A stretch of DNA of 59,408 nt, filler included, from Squatina squatina (GCA_031763465.1; 3 parts of 3 records of this genome joined end to end with filler, not necessarily neighbours in it), one strand, 5' to 3'; shown: positions 1-12,581, counted from the first letter of the whole stretch. The notes: generated from the letters alone by a model not told the origin. Translations and numbers: made by a program.

Positions 1-36
1 ATGCTAAAGAAGAGTGCAAAATTTAACAAACCTATT

Positions 37-214
37 GGGGTAGAATTTCCACAGGGGTTCCCCGATTTCCTGCCATAACTTTGATGGAATATCACTGGAA
101 ACCCCAGAGAAACAGCAGAAACGGCAATTTGCGCCATTTTTTCCACGGATTCCGCCAATTTTCTGCTGAAGTTACGGTGGGAGATCGGAAGAACTTCTGC
201 TGACATTCCGGGTC
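37..214. mobile_element. Foldback (palindromic) MITE-like element
   Basis: Left arm GAATTTCCACAGGGGTTCCCCGATTTCCTGCCATAACTT aligns to the reverse complement of the right arm AAGTTACGGTGGGAGATCGGAAGAACTTCTGCTGACATTC; starts GGGGTAGAATT. Confidence 0.75.
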
Positions 215-379
215 ATTACGCTTTTTTGTCAAGAGGAGAGTTTCCTAACGGAACATTGAACAATCACTGTGTGTGAGGGTTGGTGCTTTTTACATTTGTC
301 AGTATGGCTTACCTAATTGTTATCAATGTGTTGCCCATTGGTTTGGGTGCATTTAATTCCATTGGGAAATTAGCTTGCT

Positions 380-514
380 GAACAGTTCCAGCTACTTGTG
401 TCCAAAGTGCGTTAATTCTTGGGCAAGTGCCAAACATATGTTGGTATGTGGCTTTTGTGTTCGGACAGCACCAACAATTGTCGAAGCAACCAGGGAACAC
501 TGTAGCTATGACCA
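380..514 (-). mobile_element. L1/Tx1-type ORF2 C-terminal CCHC zinc-knuckle fragment
   Basis: Peptide CFDNCWCCPNTKATYQHMFGTCPRINALWTQV fits the C-x2-C...H-m-F-x2-CP-x5-W pattern of L1-clade ORF2. Confidence 0.65.
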
Positions 515-3500
515 CTGCAACAGTTTATGTCTTATTTCATTTTGCTTGGTTAAACAGCTGTGGACTCTAATCCTTTTAAAATTTCAGGCTACTTCATCCA
601 ATAGAATACCTCTGTTTTTTTCCCAAATTAATCTCAATGAGTCAGTTCAGTGACATGTCTAAAAGTAGAGCAGACCCCGCTGAGACAGTTTTGTCCACCT
701 TCTCACAGTTCAATCAAAAACAGCTTAATGAAATAATGCTTGGCTAAGTGTGGTCATGTTATTTCCCTTCTGGACATTTGGAGGAACCAGGAAAAGCATG
801 CGAGTGCAGATTGAATTATTAGCGTGGATTTTCCTGACCTTTGCCTTTGCGAAATGTACATTTCCCTGGGCGAAAAGGTCAGAAAGAAGAGGTGGAGACT
901 TGGGAGGTGGTTGCGGAGTGGGCTCGTCCCTATTTTTACCCGACATGTACAGTACACTTCCAGCAGGTTTAGTGAGCCAGGGGTGGAAGGAGGGGGTGGG
1001 GCGGGGAGTTTTGCTCTCCGCAAGCTGTGCAGCTTTAACGTCACAACCTGCATGTTTTCTTCCCAGCAGGTTCCCCGCCAGGAAGCCAGACTGATTTCAG
1101 GGCTTGGCCCACTGTCAGNNNNNNNNNNNNNNNNNNNNNNNNNNNNNNNNNNNNNNNNNNNNNNNNNNNNNNNNNNNNNNNNNNNNNNNNNNNNNNNNNN
1201 NNNNNNNNNNNNNNNNNNCTGCCATGGAATTAAAAAGCGCTTCAGGTGTCTGATTAATGTGCTGGTTCCAAAATTAGCTCTCTGTCTGCCTCTACTAATG
1301 ATTGCCCTGTAGTGTGAACAGATTGCCTTCAGTTCATTATTGGGATCCATAGTGAAATCATTCCAGATAATTCTTAGTGAAGAACCATGCAATGATGGCG
1401 TAAGCTTTCATGGTAGCGGGGCTATAGTAGCACTAGAAATAGAAATATTTATTACTTTGCACTTCCCTGCCGACATTCTGTTTCTACCACAAACATCATC
1501 TAAAGATCAAAATACACTGTTTATGATTTAAATAAAAAATGAAGGTTCTTCAATACTGCTATGACTTTATAAATAGGAATGGCTATCTTTCTCTGGAGCT
1601 GTTTGTTATTACCTTACAGAAAACGTTCTTACTAAATACTCAAAGAAACAATATAAATAGAATTGATACATGGTTTTGCATTGGTGCTGTCAAAAATAAT
1701 CTAAGAATTTGCATTGATATCCTACTTTTTCGCTGCCAATGGTGTATATTAATAATGTAATGTAGCAAAACACAGCAGCCAATTTGCACACAANNNNNNN
1801 NNNNNNNNNNNNNNNNNNNNNNNNNNNNNNNNNNNNNNNNNNNNNNNNNNNNNNNNNNNNNNNNNNNNNNNNNNNNNNNNNNNNNNNNNNNNNCAGCCCA
1901 ACCTCAATGGCCAAACTGCTCCGACTGTTAAACATGCGTTACCCTCAGAGCACACACAGCCACGTCGACCACCTAATGTATTCGCTACTTCCCCCTCAAG
2001 CATTGTGCAATGAAAGCCCGCAGAAGCTTTGGAAAGACACATCTGTATGCAAATGATTGAAAATGTAATTTCAAATAAAAGAAAGCTTATTCAGCAGGGT
2101 CACCCATTCCAGGAGAAAGTAATGTGACTGCTGGCAGGCCAGGCCAAGGTGTAGAGGAACAGTCCATGGAGGGAGCTCACACTCACCATCTCCCCCACTT
2201 TACAGCAGAGGCCCCACAGTGTGGTCAGGACTGTGCCTGGCACATTGAATTCACAAATCCTCAGGCGTTACTTGCAGATTAGAAGAACGCTTGGCACCAG
2301 CCAGCTCCGAGGGCACTGCTGAGCCGTGAGCAATTAAATTTATTCTTTTTTTAAAAAAAAACTCTTTTTGCCCCTGTCCTCCCCACCCCCAAATTCGGAC
2401 AACTTCTATCCAATAGCAACAGTCAGGAATTCCAGAGGAAATTTTAAAAAATCTCTCAAGGAGTCACTGAGAGGGTGTGTGCAGGCATTCTAACAATCAT
2501 TTTGTCAGGTTTCAGCAACACTCGGGTTCCCTACTGCCATGTAAGAATCCATGGCAGAGGGGTGGGTAACTAGCTCACCCAGGCCTCTGCTGGTCCCTAT
2601 CCTGCACCTGGATACAAGGAGTGGATTTGTCCAACTACCCTCCTCTCTGCTGAAAGGTGTTCCCGTCAGAGTCACAACCACAGACCCGCAAACAGCAATG
2701 CACTCACATTCACAATCTCTATTCACCCCTATTATCACAGCAACTATCGTTCATGAAAAAAAAGCGATCACAACCCCCTCACCCGATGATTTGATAAAGG
2801 AGATAAAGTTCCCTTCATCTGTTCTCAAAGCCAAGATACGCATCAAGAGTTGTCCTGTCCCCTCCAAACTAATGCAGCAATGGCCCTCTGGATAGAAAGT
2901 GACCAATACGGAGTAGGATATTCAAAGTGTAATCTCATTAAAATAAAAAAGTGTTAAGGAAAAAAAAATAGCCTATTTAAGGTTAGACAACTTACTGCTC
3001 CTTCTGCTACAAATTGACAAAAGATGTGTATGAATCTGTGGTGGTATCTGTTTCATCTATGCTTGTGTTAGTTAATGATGGTGAAAAACTATACATCCTA
3101 GCTGGAAATTAATGAGGGATTCATTTTGACACTTTTATAGTCTTCAAAATACCACCAAATTAAACTCTGCCAATTTACTCCATTTCAAATTGAGCACCAT
3201 TCTGTGTGCTAAGAATCACTCAGCTCACTGTAACAGTTGGGGGGTAAACATGCAACTAACTAACGCTCTCTCTACCCTCCTAGTTTTGGACAAAGAATAT
3301 AAAATAGATATGACTACTGCACTGTGGTTATTCCATTGGATAGGTATACCTTGTGATTATTATACAGCAGCTAGTTATGACCCTCATCGTCCTCATGTTG
3401 CTTTATCTGTTTATATTGAAGACAATTTTGAGTAGAGAATTAGGTACTTTTTATCTAAGCAGTTATTGATTCTCCAGTAACTGTAAAACCTGTGATCTAA

Positions 3501-4354
3501 ACCAGAAATATGTCAACGATTTCATATTGTAAATGCAAAACATTTTGTTTGAACCATAAAAAGAAACCCTAAGAATAACCTTAAAATCTAGATACAAAAA
3601 TTAAAACCATGCTCAGATGATTTGCTTTGCTTTTGCTGGAACTAAAAAGAATAAATTCCAGCAACAGAAACCAAGTATGTAGTTATTTCAAATTAAATAG
3701 TGAAGTTTAATTTCCAGATCCATTTAAAATCTGACCTATGGACCAGGCGACTGAATAAGCACAAGTTCCCTTTTTCTTACATGGCGTTCTAGAAATTTTG
3801 CTACTGTTTTTGGCATCAGATTCCGTACTCCTGCCCACTTGTAATTAGGGCTAAAGGTTTTTGCGACTTAGTAAGTTGAATTCCATTTTTATTACACGGC
3901 ATTCCAAGATTTTTATTAGTGCTGTGGGGATAGCACACAACACTATGTTCCATCTATTTTTCCATGAAAACCTTTAGTGGTCTTGGCTTTGGGCCCACAA
4001 ATATTCATTCCTGCTTTTCAAGATTCTGGGAATTGTGCATGATTTGCATGTTGTATGAGAATGTCCTCTCTCTGACGTGTATCTGTCTATTTCTATCTTT
4101 GTCTGATTTATTACTGCTGAGCCTTCATCAGTAAGACTTACCCATCACTAATAGGATTTTCTTCAGTATGAATAATATGAAGATCACTCATCTTTACTCC
4201 ACTTCTGCTATCTTGCATATATTTTCTTTCTGTCTCACCATACTGTGCTTCCATATATATATATTTGACCAGAAACTACAGTATAAGGCATAATAGTGAT
4301 GGGTGTGCAGGATTTGGAAATGAGACGGAACAATAATAGCTAGAAAAATATATA

Positions 4355-4757
4355 TTTTTTTATTTATTCCTGGGATGTGGATGTCATTGGCGAGGCAAGA
4401 ATTTATTGCCCATCCCTAATTGCCCTTGAGAAGGTGGTGGTGAACCGCCTTCTTGAACTGCTGCAGTCCATGTGGTAACAACTGAACCATTTCCAGAGGG
4501 CAGTTAAGAGTAAACCACATTGTGGGCCTGGAGTCACATGTAGGCCAGACCAGGATGGCAGATTTCCTTCCCTAAAGGACATTAGTGAACCTAAATGGGT
4601 TTATATGTCAATCCAGTACTTTCATTCCAGATTTATTTAATTAACTGAAGTTAAATTCCCCAGCTGCCATGGTGCAATTTGAACTCATGTTTCTGGATCA
4701 TTAGACAAGGCCTCTAGAATCACTGGTCCAGTGGTATAACCACTATACTACCAGTAC
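4355..4757 (-). mobile_element. tRNA-derived SINE with LINE-derived 3' tail
   Basis: Minus strand shows A-box-like GGTAGTATAGTGG, B-box-like GAGTTCAAATT and tail AAGGGCAATTAGGGATGGGCAATAAA...CACATCCCAGGAATAAATAAAAAAA. Related copies at 23091-23310 and 23575-23748. Confidence 0.85.
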
Positions 4758-5231
4758 ACAGAATGAAGGAAGTTAAAGACCAACTCAAAGAAAGCAAACA
4801 TGAAATGCGCTATTTCATTATGTTGAGGAACATAAGTTTATTTTCAGTTGTGTGTGGTATTTATCGACATTGTTTTCCAGCAAATGATTATATCATATTG
4901 ACTGCTTGAACAGCAATGATCAATAACTAACGTTAATGAAAGTACAGTAAACAACTAATAAACTGCATTTTCCATACATACGTTGCTAATAACAAATTCA
5001 AAATACCGCGAACTGGCAAAAATATGAAAACTGACACCAGCTTCACAATCAGCAGCACATTATTCTGTAACTTTGAATTACTATTAGTTTTTAAAAAGGC
5101 AAAAACTGAATATATTATAGCCACACTGAAANNNNNNNNNNNNNNNNNNNNNNNNNNNNNNNNNNNNNNNNNNNNNNNNNNNNNNNNNNNNNNNNNNNNN
5201 NNNNNNNNNNNNNNNNNNNNNNNNNNNNNNN

Positions 5232-5550
5232 CCTTCTGTGCCATTAATTTCAATGATTCTGTGATTCTGTATCTTATTTGGCATTGAATTCACTCACCCT
5301 AAATTACACATTCTTCTCTGTCCTTGCGCTGTTTATTTCTCAATCCTTCAATCTGATTGGTTAAGCAGATATACAGTTATTTGCTCAGTTCACTTAGGTC
5401 CCAGATGCCTGGTTTCCCTCGCTGTGATGTTATTAGCTCGCAGTTTCAGCAATTTGCCACGCAAAAAATTTAAAAACCTAAATGTGCAAGATCACGTCCA
5501 ACTAATGGCAGACACTGTTAGATGCACTGCTACAGCAAAATTTGGCCCCA
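5232..5550. repeat. Interspersed repeat, probable non-autonomous DNA transposon end
   Basis: Ends in CAAAATTTGGCCCC, a terminus of the same style as other GGGG/GGGCC...AATT elements in the window; other end lost in the gap. Confidence 0.45.
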
Positions 5551-5589
5551 TGTAAGATTGAGTGACACAAAGACGCCAATAGTATTATG

Positions 5590-6235
5590 AGTGCATGACA
5601 GAAAATGAAAGAGATGTAAGAAACACTGGAAATACTGTGAGTGAGAGAGGACACCCAGATTCACTGAAAGCTCTGGGAAAGCAATAATAAGTGAGAAACA
5701 GAGATGTTGGAGCACTGAGAGTACTGTGGCTGGGTGGTAAAGAAAGAGACAGCAATATGTCGGAAGCACTGGTTGTGTTGTAGTCACTAATGAAAGGAAA
5801 CCTGGAATCATTGCAACACCATGAGAGAGAAAGTAGGAGACTGAACAAGTTCTAAGAGCCTTGAGAGAGAGCGAGACAGAAAATTGACAATGTAGTGGCT
5901 ATAAATAAGAGAAACAGTCTCAAATAGACATGCTGGGAGCATTAGGAGCAATGCAGCAGTGACTGCTAGTAAGAGAGAAAGTAGGAACACTTGTAGAGAA
6001 CTTTAAGTGAAAGAGATGCTGGGGTGTTTGAAGTGCACTGAGTGACAGAATGACTGAAGGTGAGATGCTTGGAGCACGACGAATGTTATGTGTGAGAGGG
6101 ATAAATGTTAAGAATTCTGAGCGCATGTAAGTAAGAGAAGGTGGAAGAAAGACTGTGATTATGCTGGGACACGAGAACTATGTAACTGATTGAGAAATGG
6201 TGGGATAACTGTGAGTAAGAGAGATGCCGTGCCTA
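5590..6235 (+). repeat. Degenerate purine-rich minisatellite
   Basis: Recurring unit resembling (GA)n-GATGCTGGGAGCACTGTGAGT, for example gagatgttggagcactgagagt, gacatgctgggagcattag, gagatgctggggtg, gagatgcttggagcacg. Confidence 0.7.
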
Positions 6236-6840
6236 TTTAAGTGCCATGTGTCAAAGGTTTGAAAGTACTATGTGCGACCCCAAGGTACAGGTTAAAGTAA
6301 CATTCAACTGGAATCTTGAACATGAGAAACAGGGTGAAGGCTGAGCGTGATGGGCTAACTGAGTGATGGTGGCAAAAGAGAGGCAGTGAATGACTTATAT
6401 TTTATTTTAACGTTTCATATTTATTTGTCGTTTTTCCCAGTTTTAACTGAAAAACCATAATCCTGCAACAAAGATAATATTTCAACTAGGATGTGGACTG
6501 TCGTTATTTTCATGTTTGCTGTTATTGCAGAGCTCACTAAAGAGAAGTGTTGTTACTGCACTGGGGGCTCTTCAGGCAGGTGTAGTCTCCCAGAAATCTC
6601 ATAAATAGCCTGGCGTAAAACCTCAGTTCAAATACTGCCATGTTGACTGCTGGGGATAAGTTGATCCTTTTGTGAATATTGTCAGGATTATGTTCTAAGT
6701 TACAGGCAGGAAAAATAACTGGTGGATTTTCCACTAGGTCTGAAGAAAAAAATCTGCTCCGTATCCTCCACTTAATCAGCCATCGTGACACCATCAGATG
6801 TTTCACCATTTCTTTCTAGAATTTAGTAACAACAGTCCAC

Positions 6841-7223
6841 ACTAGACTGATTCCTGGGATGGCGGGATTGTCTTATGAGGAGAGATTGAGTAGACTAGAC
6901 CTGTATTCTCCAGAATTTAGAAGAATGAGAGGTGATCTCATTGAAACATACAAAATTCTTACAGGGCTCGACAGGGTAGATACAGGGAGGATNNNNNNNN
7001 NNNNNNNNNNNNNNNNNNNNNNNNNNNNNNNNNNNNNNNNNNNNNNNNNNNNNNNNNNNNNNNNNNNNNNNNNNNNNNNNNNNNNNNNNNNNAAAGGGAT
7101 CAGGGGATACGGGGAGAAAGCAGGGACAGGGTACTGAATTTGGATGATCAGCCATGATCTCATTGAATGAGCTCGAAGGGCCGAATGGCCTACTCCTGCT
7201 CCTCTCTTCTATGTTTCTATGTT
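6841..7223 (+). mobile_element. CR1 LINE 3' end (ORF2 C-terminus plus 3' UTR), interrupted by a gap
   Basis: Peptide RLIPGMAGLSYEERLSRLDLYSPEFRRMRGDLIETYKILTGLDRVD; tail GGGCCGAATGGCCTACTCCTGCTCC followed by (TTCTATGT)2. Confidence 0.95.
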
Positions 7224-8404
7224 TATCATAATCCAACTCCCAAAAGTTGAAAGCAGACATGGAAATTAACTCACAACTCCATGTGATCAAGCTGATGATG
7301 CAGTTGTCTTTACCTGAAGCAACGACATTCACTCGGAAGTGGCAATGATATATATTCATCCTTTTTACAACTACTTCTGAACACCGTGACCACTCTTTGT
7401 GCCTGCTAGTTCCTAATCTATTTATTCTTTGAAATGCTCCCTGAGTGGCATGAGATTGAGTGATGGGTGGCTGGGATGGTTCCCTGGAGGCTTAGAGATC
7501 AGAGGAGACTCTCCTCTCAGGGAAACTGCTGTCCCAGAGCACAATTGCATTATGTGATGGTTACTAGGCTGATGGAGGTTGCACTAACTTTTTCTGCCAC
7601 CTCCCTCCAGGCCTGGGCACCCTCATACCATCAGAGGGGAAGAGGATGTATCTCTGGACCCTCACCTGCTCCTTCAAAACCTTCAGCCCTGCATCACTGC
7701 ACCTTCGAACTCGACCATGAGACACCCCTAAAGCCCAAATTGTGAAACGGCACCAAAAAATTCAATAGAGTTGGAGTGCACCTCGCTAAAGAGACATAAG
7801 CACGCTGTAAATAGGCATCAGGCCTGCCGCAAATCAAGCCCTCCAAATCGGCGAGCTGCAAATTAACGTGGAAAATGCATGGGCAGCTGACCTATGACGT
7901 TCAAACGAGGCCCAACCATCTCACTGATTACATATGATTGCCCAGCCCAACTTGCACCACACACCAAAATCTACCCCATACCGTTTCCCTGCACTAACCA
8001 TGGGCAAGGCCATAGGAGTTTCAGGAGTGTTACGTAGCATGTTCATACGATATTCTTCTGTCTACTATTGTAATGCAGATGTGTGCCCATTTAGTTTAAA
8101 GGGCTAAGCACTTTGTTAAAATAATGGACAGAGAAATTGCATGCAAACACGTTAATGCGTTCTTATGCTAATACTGCACAGCGTGATTTCACTGTAATTG
8201 TGCATTAACAATTTGATTTTTCTGGAAGTAAAGATGAGGTTGTTGACATCGCAGGTAGATTTTCATTTTCACTGCCTGGGGGGTAATCAGGCCAAGCAGA
8301 TCACCCGCCCGCTATAGAACCCGGACCATTTTTATTCCACTGATTTGTAACTTTAGTAAGTTGCCGATTGACGTGCTTAAAAGAAAAATGCATTGAAGGA
8401 AAAT

Positions 8405-8585
8405 GTGAATGCTGAAAAGCTAAAATAAAATCAGGAAATACATGGCAGATTGATCAGCATGTGACGCAGAATAGGCTAATATTCAGATTCAGCTGAAGGG
8501 TTAAATTCAAAATATTAACCTGTATTTCTCCTTGGGATGCCAACTCGATCTGCTGGCCTGCACATTGTTTGCTTTTCTTTTATTA
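8405..8585. mobile_element. Degenerate palindromic Penelope-like terminus
   Basis: Diverged inverted copies of the motif at 43615-43710 (...CTGAAGGGTT...TTAACCTGTATTTCTCC...GATGCC...GATCTGCTG...). Confidence 0.5.
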
Positions 8586-11500
8586 TTGAGGTGTCACTCC
8601 CCAAGAGATCCTTTAGTCTTCCCCTTGGTTGAGTTCTTCTGAGATTTGTTAACCTAACAAGGTTAGATAGCATGAGAGACAAACCAGTCACAAAACCTAA
8701 CTGACGCAACAGCGAAAAAAGCAGTAGAACTCTGGGGCTTTTTCACTGCGTTCGCAAGTACTGCAATCACGAGTAGCAAAGCGGCAGATTCAGCCTTGTA
8801 CTGAGGCTACCAACTTGGCCTCAAAAGCCAATGTTATGCGCATGTCATCTCTTTGCTCCCCACAAAATGTTGTCACAGAATTAAAAGTTTTAATGAGCTC
8901 AATGACAGACTTAAAAATGCCATATATCTGAGGCAGCTCTGTGTGTTGCTATTGAAATGGTAGCACGTTGCTTCGCACCTAAGATTCCCCATATGGCGAA
9001 TTCCCCACCACAGCTAGGCAAATTCCTCATCTGACTTTCCTGCAAGGCTGTGATTTTCACAACTTTTCTACAATTTCTTTGAAAACGTCAGACTTGTGAA
9101 AAATTGTAATTTTGTGGCATTCAGTATTATTGTACGAATGACACTTGCAGTGAAACTGGAAATTGAAGCAACAGNNNNNNNNNNNNNNNNNNNNNNNNNN
9201 NNNNNNNNNNNNNNNNNNNNNNNNNNNNNNNNNNNNNNNNNNNNNNNNNNNNNNNNNNNNNNNNNNNNNNNNNNACCCAGTGTTCTCTGGTCCTTTTCAG
9301 GGGGAAAAAGGCCCAGAAGAATGGTGTTCAGTGCATTGACATTTTAAAAGTAGTTGGAAAGTATGAAGTATGCTCTCAGCTTTAAATACCACACTTTGGG
9401 TTGATGATCGGGCTTGGCAGTTTTCGAGACTGAGGCTGTAAGAAAGGATTCCGCTTCTGAACCAAACCCAAATTTGTTCTCATCTCCCAAACTTGTTTTT
9501 AATCTCTGTTTAACTGGAATTTAGTTAGCAATGTTGACACCTCTGCACTTTAACACTGGGATTTCTTTGCGGGACAGAATCCCTTTCACTGAACTGAATA
9601 TCCCATCTGGGTCTCTAAGGGACAATAATTGAGTTTAGGCTAGGTTTAAATAGCGATAAGGACAGAGAACACAGATGGGCTATTTCATTGATTAACACTA
9701 ACACCAGCCTAAGGCCGTAGTGTCAGGCATTGGATTTAGGATATTATGAACAGAATGACAGAGTTTTGGTACTTTNNNNNNNNNNNNNNNNNNNNNNNNN
9801 NNNNNNNNNNNNNNNNNNNNNNNNNNNNNNNNNNNNNNNNNNNNNNNNNNNNNNNNNNNNNNNNNNNNNNNNNNNNNNNNNNNNNNNNNNNNNNNNNNNN
9901 NNNNNNNNNNNNNNNNNNNNNNNNNNNNNNNNNNNNNNNNNNNNNNNNNNNNNNNNNNNNNNNNNNNNNNNNNCTGTGGCCTGACCTGCAGAATCAGAAG
10001 CTGTTTTAAATGAAGTGATGTTGTTTGCATCGTGAAAACAGACATGATTTTTTTGCACCAAGAAGATCCAGCTTCACTGATCTTCTTGTACCTCACTTTA
10101 TCTTTCAGCAACCTTTGACCTCTTCCTTAATGCCTTCTCAAGGCATCATGGCCATAAGCCTTGTGGTGTTCTTTTAGAAGTAGGATTGCCTGTATCCCCT
10201 CTGGTGAATTTAAGCAGCTGTTAGAGCTGGTGGCAAGGTTGTCCCAGCCTCTGTACACTGGCTGGGAAAAAGATTACAGGTCAGTCCCCAGTAGTAAGGC
10301 ACAAAAGGAATCAAGCAGCACAAGATTTTCAACATCCAGAAAGGCATCATGAAATTTTACAGATCTGACACCATCATGTAAGTTGTTCTTTTGCTTCCCA
10401 GGCAGGTTTTTTTTTAAGAAAAGGTAATAATTGATCAATATTTCAAATCTCCTGACTACTTTTTATTTTGACATTTTACATCGAGTTTTACTCGTTGAGA
10501 GATGACTTTAACTTTCACCTTTAGTCGCAATCCAGCCTGGCGTAAAATAAAAGAGGTGCACAAGCCGACAATTTGCTCTGCCCAGAATTTCTACATTTCA
10601 GTAGACTTTCAGTATCACAAAGGAAGCGGCGAAATTAGCAGAAGGCTCAGTCGTAGTGGATAATGCTGACTTTTAAGCAACACCATTCGTGCACATTGTG
10701 ACAAAATCATTCACCTGTCTGATTGAAGTACGCAACCAATCCCATTCTTAAGGCTGCTTTTGTTAGGGAAGGTTTAGGTTTTCTTTTCCCCTTATAATAA
10801 CAGATGGCTCATGTATCTGTGTCTGAGCTGAGACTATCACTTAGACCACAAGCAGGGAACGAGGGAAGCTCCCCTGTTGCAATCATAAGAAGACCACAAG
10901 CCTGAGTAGAGAAAATGAAAAGGTGTTTTCAGGCCTCGTAGTGGTGTTAATTACCCAGAAACCACACAGAAAGTGCTCACTGTCACAGAGTTGAGAGGTT
11001 GTGCATCCCTTCTTCCACAGATAAAAGGCATAGTATAAAACATTTTGCAGGGGACAATGAAGTAAAGATTAACATAATCTTTCATTTGTATCCCCAGTAA
11101 GCTAGCCATGTGTGAGCCACTTTCTTCATTCCCTTCCCTCTCATGTCTGGATTTTAAGGAACGGTGCAGCAAGAATAGGCTTTGTCACCAAAGCCTGACA
11201 GTTGTGTATTCCCGCCTTCATGTGATCATCCCCACTGATATGTTACTGCTCTTGTGATAATCAGACAATGGAAGGAAAAACGAAGTGTCAGTTCATTGAC
11301 AAACCTTGTCCCTGTTATGTCATTCTTTTAATCCAAAGTACTCATCACTTTCTTTTTAATAATTGAAACCCATTGATGGTGTCGAAATTTGCAAATTGTT
11401 TCTTCCAGTTTAAGATGCAAAAGTCACATTCTGTTTTGAAATACATAAACAGTGTTATTTTATATAGGCTGCTGGAAAAGATTCTCTGTAATTTAATGAC

Positions 11501-12581
11501 ACCAAAAAATAGTAATTAGGAACAGGAGCCCCAAAAATCGGTTGGCCATAAAGTCAGCGGTTACGCCAGGATTATGCCCACCAGTACCCTCCAACACTGA
11601 CCCCACCAGGTTCTGCAGGATCAGTGGGAGGACACTGATCTGCCCTATACTGCTGGTGAATTCAGCACTTGGCTGCCATCTGGGGTGGTGTGTGGGTGCG
11701 TGGGTGCAAAGAACACCCACCCTGGCCCCGCAGACACCATGAAGTCCCCTCTTGGCCCCTGTGTAAGGGAGCTGNNNNNNNNNNNNNNNNNNNNNNNNNN
11801 NNNNNNNNNNNNNNNNNNNNNNNNNNNNNNNNNNNNNNNNNNNNNNNNNNNNNNNNNNNNNNNNNNNNNNNNNNNNNNNNNNNNNNNNNNNNNNNNNNNN
11901 NNNNNNNNNNNNNNNNNNNNNNNNNNNNNNNNNNNNNNNNNNNNNNNNNNNNNNNNNNNNNNNNNNNNNNNNNNNNNNNNNNNNNNNNNNNNNNNNNNNN
12001 NNNNNNNNNNNNNNNNNNNNNNNNNNNNNNNNNNNNNNNNNNNNNNNNNNNNNNNNNNNNNNNNNNNNNNNNNNNNNNNNNNNNNNNNNNNNNNNNNNNN
12101 NNNNNNNNNNNNNNNNNNNNNNNNNNNNNNNNNNNNNNNNNNNNNNNNNNNNNNNNNNNNNNNNNNNNNNNNNNNNNNNNNNNNNNNNNNNNNNNNNNNN
12201 NNNNNNNNNNNNNNNNNNNNNNNNNNNNNNNNNNNNNNNNNNNNNNNNNNNNNNNNNNNNNNNNNNNNNNNNNNNNNNNNNNNNNNNNNNNNNNNNNNNN
12301 NNNNNNNNNNNNNNNNNNNNNNNNNNNNNNNNNNNNNNNNNNNNNNNNNNNNNNNNNNNNNNNNNNNNNNNNNNNNNNNNNNNNNNNNNNNNNNNNNNNN
12401 NNNNNNNNNNNNNNNNNNNNNNNNNNNNNNNNNNNNNNNNNNNNNNNNNNNNNNNNNNNNNNNNNNNNNNNNNNNNNNNNNNNNNNNNNNNNNNNNNNNN
12501 NNNNNNNNNNNNNNNNNNNNNNNNNNNNNNNNNNNNNNNNNNNNNNNNNNNNNNNNNNNNNNNNNNNNNNNNNNNNNNNNN

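Noticed and set aside
2551-2895. 114-aa plus-strand ORF
   Set aside because: No recognisable domain or splice support; consistent with chance.
4141-4303. CCCATCACTA / TAGTGATGGG inverted 10-mers resembling hAT TIRs
   Set aside because: Oriented outward rather than as element ends, and no 8-bp TSD seen.
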